DNA of 4,362 nucleotides from a virus (Duplodnaviria > Heunggongvirae > Uroviricota > Caudoviricetes): the IMG/VR virus record IMGVR_UViG_2663763220_000004. One strand, written 5' to 3'. Below the pieces are notes generated by a model. The model did no database searches. It saw nothing but the letters and a program-made list of their open reading frames with translations, and was not told the DNA's origin. The position numbers were made by a program, and so were the translations under genes. Shown here in pieces: positions 1 through 4,362 of the stretch. Numbering within the stretch: the first letter of the stretch is position 1; every line of letters begins with the position of its first letter.

Positions 1-44
1 TCCTTCTGATGCCATTCTATTTCAGGAAGGAGTGTCCGTTAAAC

Positions 45-239
45 TCAGGCTACCTCACCCGTCCCGGATACCGAGAACGTTTCGTCCAGCAACTGGAGAG
101 AGTTCGACGGTGGCATCATTGCCCATGCCGGAGGCGCTGGAGGTTTCGGCTGAGGATGGCACAGGGCATTTTCCTTTGACGAGCACCCGACCACCATTAT
201 CAAGCTTGCGCCGAAGAGCATCATTTTCAGCTTTCGCAT
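45..239 (-). CDS. Rz1: Rz1-like o-spanin (outer-membrane lipoprotein), encoded in a different frame within the 3' half of Rz and running 10 nt past the Rz stop
   Basis: 64 aa, [24 protein letters not shown]...: hydrophobic signal-like N-terminus ending in lipobox-like VVGC, then a Pro-rich stretch ([16 protein letters not shown]), as in lambda Rz1. Out-of-frame overlap with Rz is the classic spanin arrangement. Confidence 0.8.
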   Translation of the reverse strand: MRKLKMMLFGASLIMVVGCSSKENALCHPQPKPPAPPAWAMMPPSNSLQLLDETFSVSGTGEVA

Positions 240-459
240 CAGCTAACTCCTTCGTGTATTTAGCATCGAGTGCATCAGCATCACGCTGGCGCTGCTGCAT
301 GTCAGTAATGGTTGCGTTCGCCAGCTTCAGTTCTCCGGCGTTTTTGTCGCGCTGCTCTTTGTAGGTAATGGCGTTATCACGGTAATGATTAACAGCCCAT
401 GACAGGCAGACGATGATGCAGATAACCAGAGCGGAGATAATCGCGGTGACTCTGCTCAT
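55..459 (-). CDS. Rz: Rz-like i-spanin (type II inner-membrane protein with periplasmic coiled coil); start taken at the internal Met (MSRVTAI...) rather than the ORF-track start at 474
   Basis: N-terminus [34 protein letters not shown] closely resembles lambda/DLP12 Rz. The ATG at 459..457 overlaps the endolysin stop (ATGA overlap), implying translational coupling. C-terminal ~45 residues diverge from the lambda Rz I recall, and the protein is short (134 aa). Confidence 0.8.
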   Translation of the reverse strand: MSRVTAIISALVICIIVCLSWAVNHYRDNAITYKEQRDKNAGELKLANATITDMQQRQRDADALDAKYTKELADAKAENDALRRKLDNGGRVLVKGKCPVPSSAETSSASGMGNDATVELSPVAGRNVLGIRDG

Positions 460-989
460 TGATCTATCCCCCAACAGGCTAATGCGCTTTCCTGGTCACG
501 ACGAATAACCTGTCCATAGCAGTTATTTGAACGTATGCGGCAATCGCGCCCAACATCTTTTATCCACCAGCGAATCGCCTCGCATGCGCCCTTACGATCA
601 CCGGCATTCAGCCGCTTATAAAACGTCGACGGGAAACACTTACCGGGGCCAATGTTATAGGGGCAAAATGACGCTATACCCGCTTTCTGGGGTTCGGTCA
701 GAGGTACTTTAATATTGCGCTCCACCCATGCCAGCGCCTTATCACGTTCAATAGCGTTAACCTGGTCACATTTTTCCTTCGACAGCTTCATTCCCGGTAT
801 GACAGGCTTACCATCCACCATTGTGGCACCACGACAGATGGTCCATATGCCAGAACCATCACGGTATGCCGTTGTGTGATTACCCTCTTTTTCGTTCAGA
901 AACTGGTCAAGTATCTGGGGAGCAGACGCGCCTGCGGCAATCAGCGCCAGAACAGCAGCCGACAGGCCGTATTTGATTTTTGCGCTCAT
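456..989 (-). CDS. R: SAR-type endolysin (T4-lysozyme-like / GH24 muramidase, phage 21 R / Stx-phage R type)
   Basis: 177 aa. N-terminal Gly/Ala-rich weakly hydrophobic segment ([18 protein letters not shown]), typical of signal-anchor-release domains. Catalytic motif E-x8-D-x5-T seen directly in [17 protein letters not shown]. Overall strong resemblance to endolysins of 933W-type prophages, from memory. Confidence 0.9.
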   Translation of the reverse strand: MSAKIKYGLSAAVLALIAAGASAPQILDQFLNEKEGNHTTAYRDGSGIWTICRGATMVDGKPVIPGMKLSKEKCDQVNAIERDKALAWVERNIKVPLTEPQKAGIASFCPYNIGPGKCFPSTFYKRLNAGDRKGACEAIRWWIKDVGRDCRIRSNNCYGQVIRRDQESALACWGIDQ

Positions 990-1054
990 GGATATTTATC
1001 AGGATTTATCGGCAACAAATAACGAGCCAACTTATATACGCCTTTTAAGATAAG

Positions 1055-1684
1055 TCAGCCCCGGCTGGATCCAGTCATCAGGCTCTTTCTTAAAGGGGGA
1101 GTATTGAAATCACGAAGAAGAGCCTCCCGCACCGCAGCATCCATGTCTGCACCACTGGCAAGTGCTTCAATCTCTGCCGCCACCTGCAAATACCCCATGC
1201 AACGGCCAATGCGTTTCATAACTCTGGTGTTTTCGTCTTTCAGGCATCTGATAGCGAGATTAATAATTTTCAGGCAGTGATGATGCGATGCCCGGACAGG
1301 TTTTCCGTTCTCATAAACGACGAACTCACCCTCTTCACAGGAAACCCTGAAAGGCCGATGGGGTTCCTGGTCTTTATCCGGTGCAGACGCAATAAAATCA
1401 CTTTTATGCTCTTCCTCTCCGGCACTGTTAACCGTAATGACGTACTCAGGCCGCAGGTAAGCCGCCTCTTTTTCTGACAATGCGGCCGGTAAAAACTTTT
1501 CCTGCAAAAACTTCATAAAAGTCTCGTGAGCGACTTTGTGGCAGTAATCGTAAATCGCCGCATAATGCTCATCGCGGCGTTTGTTTTCATCTTCAGAACT
1601 CACCAACGCCGACAATTTTTTATTAAGCTCAGTGATTTCATTTTCCAGGTGATTGAATCGCTGATTCATTTCTTCATGCTTCAT
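1055..1684 (-). CDS. Hypothetical 209-aa soluble protein of unknown function, inserted between holin and endolysin; no family recognised
   Basis: Intact ORF with a good SD (GGGGAGAG about 6 nt upstream of the ATG) lying inside the 3' end of the upstream holin copy, with stop-to-start spacing of 3 nt. No predicted TM segment or signal peptide. Acidic, coiled-coil-like N-terminus (NQRFNHLENEITELNKKLSAL), a central beta-like segment (YVITVNS...FRVSCEEGEFVVYENGKPV), and a His/Cys-containing C-terminal helix (RASHHHCLKIINLAIRCL). Confidence 0.7.
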   Translation of the reverse strand: MKHEEMNQRFNHLENEITELNKKLSALVSSEDENKRRDEHYAAIYDYCHKVAHETFMKFLQEKFLPAALSEKEAAYLRPEYVITVNSAGEEEHKSDFIASAPDKDQEPHRPFRVSCEEGEFVVYENGKPVRASHHHCLKIINLAIRCLKDENTRVMKRIGRCMGYLQVAAEIEALASGADMDAAVREALLRDFNTPPLRKSLMTGSSRG

Positions 1685-1687
1685 TAT

Positions 1688-1865
1688 TTACTCTCCCCGT
1701 GCAGCCTTACGCTTGTCTTCTCTTATTTTGAAATACAGATTCGTCAGATAAGTCAGAAGCCCCAGAAGCAGACTTCCCAGCACACCAATCGCAGCCCACT
1801 GTGATGGCCTGACCTGATCCAACCACTGCAAAAACCAGTAGCCGGCACTGCCGGCGGAGGGGCCG
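1688..1865 (-). CDS. Second S21-type holin copy, 3' portion only (5' end lost in the N-run); divergent from the copy at 1889..2104
   Basis: My translation in the holin frame gives ...[58 protein letters not shown]. This differs from the upstream copy at four residues (T/P, S/R, V/L, F/L) plus several synonymous changes. The ORF-track ORF 1707..1889 covers this region in the wrong frame. Confidence 0.7.
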
Positions 1866-1875
1866 NNNNNNNNNN
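1866..1875. other. Run of 10 N: assembly or scaffold gap of unknown true length
   Basis: Literal n characters in the sequence. Flanks are a gene start (ATG TCG CCA TCA.. at 1889..1878) on one side and the middle of a holin gene on the other. Confidence 0.95.
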
Positions 1876-1888
1876 AATGATGGCGACA

Positions 1889-2104
1889 TTATTCACCTCT
1901 CGCAGCCTTACGCTTGTCTTCTCTGATTTTGAAGTACAGATTTGTCAGATAAGTCAGGAAGCCCAGAACCAGACTCCCCAGTACACCAATCGCAGCCCAC
2001 TGTGACGGACTGACCTGATCAAGCCACTGTAAAAACCAGTAGCCAGCACTGCCTGCGGAGGTGCCGTAGGCAATGCCCGTTGAAATTTTGTCCATGGATT
2101 TCAT
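1889..2104 (-). CDS. S: Class II pinholin, phage 21 S21-type, with dual-start motif (Met1-Lys2-Ser3-Met4)
   Basis: 71 aa, [71 protein letters not shown]: two TM segments, the first Gly/Ala-rich, and a charged C-terminus. Near-identical to S21 as I recall it. Strong SD (GGAGGTGAGGCT) before the ATG. Confidence 0.9.
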   Translation of the reverse strand: MKSMDKISTGIAYGTSAGSAGYWFLQWLDQVSPSQWAAIGVLGSLVLGFLTYLTNLYFKIREDKRKAARGE

Positions 2105-2160
2105 AGCCTCACCTCCGCAAATAACGGATGGCGTAGTTTTACACTGAGAAATGAAAGGGA

Positions 2161-2187
2161 TTTGAAAAGAAAAAACCGCAAAAGCGG
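2161..2187 (-). terminator. Weak candidate intrinsic terminator on the minus strand, downstream of the tRNA array
   Basis: Short hairpin CCGC-TTTT-GCGG (4 bp stem) followed on the minus strand by TTTTTTCTTTTC. The stem is short, so this is marginal. Confidence 0.3.
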
Positions 2188-2264
2188 GCGAAACGATATA
2201 TACAATAAGGAAAGCACTCTATCCAACAAACCACTCACAGTTAATCGGAATAAAAGCAGAGTGC

Positions 2265-2337
2265 TTATGAATGATCGCCTGCCCGAAGGTTAGTATTTCT
2301 GCACAGCAATTTTGCAAAAAAAAGCGATCATTCATAA
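2265..2337. repeat. Perfect 14-bp inverted repeat (TTATGAATGATCGC ... GCGATCATTCATAA) with a 45-bp spacer, in the tRNA-holin leader
   Basis: Seen directly: arms at 2265-2278 and 2324-2337 are exact reverse complements. The spacer contains an A8 run and TTGCAA. Confidence 0.85.
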
Positions 2338-2396
2338 CTTAAACGTCTTTCAGTCACTCCGGGATTTCCCATCATCGCAGACTGAAAGACTCTGAC

Positions 2397-2471
<75 letters not shown>

Positions 2472-2474
2472 ATA

Positions 2475-2550
<76 letters not shown>

Positions 2551-2552
2551 AC

Positions 2553-2629
2553 TGGACCGCCACCGGGGACTCGAACCTCGCACACTCAACTTAAAGGGTT
2601 GACGCTCTTTCCTGATGAGCTAGTGGCGG
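2553..2629 (-). tRNA. tRNA of uncertain identity: anticodon loop CCTTTAA, so anticodon would be UUU (Lys) but with C at position 33; alternatively a degenerate Arg-type tRNA
   Basis: Reverse complement CCGCCACTAGCTCATCAGGAAAGAGCGTCAACCCTTTAAGTTGAGTGTGCGAGGTTCGAGTCCCCGGTGGCGGTCCA: acceptor CCGCCAC/GTGGCGG, D-stem GCTC/GAGC, anticodon stem TCAAC/GTTGA, T-loop TTCGAGT, encoded CCA. Unusual features are a 5' C, C33, a 9-nt D-loop and a T-stem mismatch. Confidence 0.55.
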
Positions 2630-2630
2630 T

Positions 2631-2690
2631 TGGTGGCCCTTGCTGGATTTGAACCAGCGACCTGGCGATTATGAGTCGCTCGCTCTCACC
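2631..2690 (-). tRNA. ileZ: tRNA-Ile2-like (gene anticodon CAT, ileX/ileZ type), 5' end truncated by the N-run
   Basis: Reverse complement ...GGTGAGAGCGAGCGACTCATAATCGCCAGGTCGCTGGTTCAAATCCAGCAAGGGCCACCA closely matches E. coli ileX as I recall it (...GCAGGCGACTCATAATCGCTTGGTCGCTGGTTCAAGTCCAGCAGGGGCCACCA). Anticodon loop CTCATAA. The acceptor 5' strand and D-arm fall in the Ns. Confidence 0.75.
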
Positions 2691-2700
2691 NNNNNNNNNN
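2691..2700. other. Run of 10 N: assembly or scaffold gap of unknown true length, interrupting the 5' end of the Ile tRNA
   Basis: Literal n characters. About 16 nt of tRNA would be expected here but only 10 positions are present, so the Ns do not represent true length. Confidence 0.95.
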
Positions 2701-2800
2701 CGCAGGATAATAACGTTACGAAATCAATGTTGCAAGCATTCAAAAATCACCCTTATCTCCTCCACCAGCGCATTCACCATGTCTATCCGAGATAAGTGGC

Positions 2801-2824
2801 ACAAAAAACCCGCTTGTGGGCGGG
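2801..2824 (-). terminator. Intrinsic terminator (tR'-like) between the late promoter and the tRNA array; also looks terminator-like on the plus strand
   Basis: GC-rich hairpin ACCCGC-TTGTGG-GCGGGT (6 bp stem, 2807-2824) followed on the minus strand by TTTTTT (2806-2801); on the plus strand it is followed by TTTTGTTTGCTTTTG. Confidence 0.6.
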
Positions 2825-2878
2825 TTTTGTTTGCTTTTGCCATCACGTACAAAATCGGCAAAGTATCAGATTTGCATG

Positions 2879-2907
2879 AATATATGCCTTTCAATCTACT
2901 TTTGCAA
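2879..2907 (-). promoter_or_regulatory. Candidate sigma70 late promoter (pR'-like) immediately at the 3' end of the Q-like gene
   Basis: Minus strand reads -35 TTGCAA (2907..2902), a 17-bp spacer, then -10 TATATT (2884..2879). About 10-20 nt downstream is a -10-like GATACT (2867..2862) that could act as a sigma-dependent pause element. The predicted ~70-nt transcript would end at the terminator at 2801-2824. Confidence 0.45.
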
Positions 2908-3585
2908 CACTTTGCTTTGAAAATGCCGTCTTTTTTTTGAACGTGTTCTCATTACAAACAATAAAGCCTCACTATCCAGTCGGTGAAAAATGTGTTTCAT
3001 TGCAACCCAGTGACGAGTAAATGTTTTGGACCAGTTTTTAGTTGTCACTCCCGCCAGTAATGCCAGCTCCTGGTATTCATAACCTTCCCCACCAAAAAGT
3101 TCTGCTTTTACTGCCTGCGCCGCCAGCCAGATTAATTTTTTCAGGCGTTCCTGCGTTTTCCCTGCAATTTTTCTGGTACCGGATTGAGCATTAAATTCAT
3201 TCCACGCCCACTGTGTTATCGCGATCTGATATTCCCAACAAATACTCCCGCTGTAACACCACAACAACCAGGCTTTATAGTGCTCTTCAAGAGACAGAAC
3301 AGCCCGCCGCCACGATGATGTCGAAAACTCAACCGGACTGACCAGAGGAATTGACGTCCCCTTCGCCAGCGATTGCTTTCCCGGGATTGGTGGATTATCC
3401 CGCGTTATCATTTTTCCAGTCACTTCATCGCGGTACCGGATTTTTTTACGCCTGTAACGCCCTGTATCGAACATGGCATTCTCTTGCCAGGCTTCAAGCT
3501 GACCTTTTGTTGCCCCACTCAAATCAGCGGTGGCGATAATGAGCTGCTCACGCACAAACTGTAAATACTGGTTATTCATGCGCAC
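2896..3585 (-). CDS. Putative late-gene antiterminator (Q-like), assigned mainly by position; family not confirmed
   Basis: 229-aa ORF directly downstream of rusA (10-nt overlap) and directly upstream of a promoter/terminator pair, tRNAs and the lysis cassette, which is the canonical Q slot. C-terminal region has an HTH-like segment (YQELALLAGVTTKNWSKTF). No similarity to lambda Q that I can see. Confidence 0.5.
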   Translation of the reverse strand: MRMNNQYLQFVREQLIIATADLSGATKGQLEAWQENAMFDTGRYRRKKIRYRDEVTGKMITRDNPPIPGKQSLAKGTSIPLVSPVEFSTSSWRRAVLSLEEHYKAWLLWCYSGSICWEYQIAITQWAWNEFNAQSGTRKIAGKTQERLKKLIWLAAQAVKAELFGGEGYEYQELALLAGVTTKNWSKTFTRHWVAMKHIFHRLDSEALLFVMRTRSKKRRHFQSKVLQK

Positions 3586-3941
3586 CCCAGTTCTGTGATT
3601 TTTATCCCCAGCCGCCCACCAGGAACGAGCTGACCGCGCACAATATTGATTTCATCAAACTGCTCGTCGTCTATAAGTAGTCCAGCATGCGTCAGCGCAT
3701 CCAGCGGTGCCTTCAGGATATTGTCCAGGTCACGACGGCGCTTATCCGGTGGCTCTGCAATAATCTTTATCGCCAGCCTTCCGGACAGGTTTAATTTCAG
3801 TCGCTGCTGGCGAACAATTAGCGCCACATCACGGCGATAACGCTCACCGGCTTTTGATACAAAATATGTGCTGCCACGACGTCGCCAGTAGGTGTTCACC
3901 GTTGGCGGGTAAGGCAAAACAAATTCTATGCGTTCGGTCAT
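3576..3941 (-). CDS. rusA: RusA-family Holliday junction resolvase
   Basis: 121 aa with conserved RusA blocks: LPYPPTVNTYWR, PDKRRRDLDNILKAPLDALTHAG..DDEQ (catalytic Asp cluster), GGRLGIKITELG. Alignable by eye to E. coli RusA (120 aa). Confidence 0.9.
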   Translation of the reverse strand: MTERIEFVLPYPPTVNTYWRRRGSTYFVSKAGERYRRDVALIVRQQRLKLNLSGRLAIKIIAEPPDKRRRDLDNILKAPLDALTHAGLLIDDEQFDEINIVRGQLVPGGRLGIKITELGCA

Positions 3942-4283
3942 TTATGCTTTCCACTTCAGAACACCCGAATTTCTCGCGTGCATTAAAAAACGAATCAGCA
4001 ACAACAACTGACTACCGTGTTTTTCTTCAAAATCTTTTACCCCGGCGTGTAGTTCGTTATGGCATTTACGACACAGCGGAATAACAAACAAATCGTCAGC
4101 CTTTGTTCCCATCCCTCCCAGTCCATGACCAATGATGTGGTGCGGATCATCTGCCTGATTGCCACACGTCATGCATTTCTGCGTTTTTACCCAGCGCGTG
4201 TATACAGGCATCTCTTCCCGTTGTGGTTTCTGGCGCTGGAGATACTGAGCCGGAGATTCCGGATCAACGGCAATGCTGACCAC
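3942..4283 (-). CDS. Small zinc-finger/HNH-like protein typical of the nin region upstream of rusA (possibly DUF1364/YbcO-like); start uncertain (4283, or the internal Met at 4211 giving 89 aa)
   Basis: Motif C-x2-C...DPHHIIGHGLGGMGTKADDLFVIPLCRKCHNELH, i.e. paired CxxC with a His-rich HNH-like core. Its stop abuts the rusA start. The internal ATG at 4211 is preceded by GGGAAGAG. Confidence 0.55.
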   Translation of the reverse strand: MVSIAVDPESPAQYLQRQKPQREEMPVYTRWVKTQKCMTCGNQADDPHHIIGHGLGGMGTKADDLFVIPLCRKCHNELHAGVKDFEEKHGSQLLLLIRFLMHARNSGVLKWKA

Positions 4284-4362
4284 CGTCTCTTCCTGTGGTG
4301 GATTCTGTTGCTGGTGGGCGTGAGGCAGCGGCGCAAGATTTTTTGTGCGCTGCTTCAGTATG

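Noticed and set aside
32-364. Plus-strand ORF of 110 aa
   Set aside because: Antisense to the well-supported Rz/Rz1 genes; Ser/Ala/Arg-rich low-complexity translation typical of the reverse strand of a coding region; no RBS.
55-474. Longer Rz start at 474 (MGDRSMSRV...)
   Set aside because: The upstream Met would overlap the end of R by 19 nt and adds residues absent from known Rz N-termini; the internal Met at 459 gives the canonical MSRVTAI start and the ATGA overlap with the R stop.
527-712. Plus-strand ORF of 61 aa
   Set aside because: Lies entirely antisense within the endolysin gene; no supporting features.
1240-1270. HEPN-like R-x4-H motif (RASHHH) in the 209-aa protein as evidence of an RNase toxin
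   Set aside because: Not rejected as a possibility, but too short a motif to support a call; kept only as a weak pointer inside the main finding.
1277-1804. Plus-strand ORFs of 66 and 92 aa
   Set aside because: Antisense to the 209-aa gene and to the holin copy; hydrophobic junk translation.
1707-1889. Minus-strand ORF of 60 aa spanning the N-run (MSPSXXXX...)
   Set aside because: Chimeric artefact: only the first four codons are a real gene start; after the Ns it reads the second holin copy out of frame.
2105-2396. Possible stx or other toxin/cargo gene between the tRNAs and the holin
   Set aside because: The interval is only about 290 bp with no ORF of useful length; no cargo gene is present in this slot as assembled.
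2671-2940. Plus-strand ORF of 89 aa
   Set aside because: Spans the N-run, the Ile tRNA, the terminator and the promoter region; not a plausible gene.
3351-3564. Two plus-strand ORFs (62 and 63 aa)
   Set aside because: Antisense within the Q-like gene.
3646-4084. Two plus-strand ORFs (64 and 76 aa)
   Set aside because: Antisense within rusA and the HNH-like gene.

Overview
The window reads as the late-regulation and lysis region of a lambdoid (phage 21 / Stx-phage-like) prophage, with every supported gene on the minus strand. In transcription order (high to low coordinates): a zinc-finger/HNH-like small protein, a RusA Holliday-junction resolvase, a Q-like antiterminator candidate, a pR'-like promoter with a tR'-like intrinsic terminator, a compact array of four tRNAs, an S21-type pinholin, a second divergent holin copy cut by an N-run, an unrecognised 209-aa protein, a SAR-type endolysin, and overlapping Rz/Rz1 spanins. 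No stx-like cargo lies between the tRNAs and the holin. The most interesting element is the 209-aa gene between holin and endolysin, which I cannot assign to any family. Two 10-N runs (1866-1875, 2691-2700) mean adjacency across them, including the tandem holin arrangement, may be a scaffolding artefact. All calls rest on reading the sequence and recalled family features; no searches or folding calculations were run.
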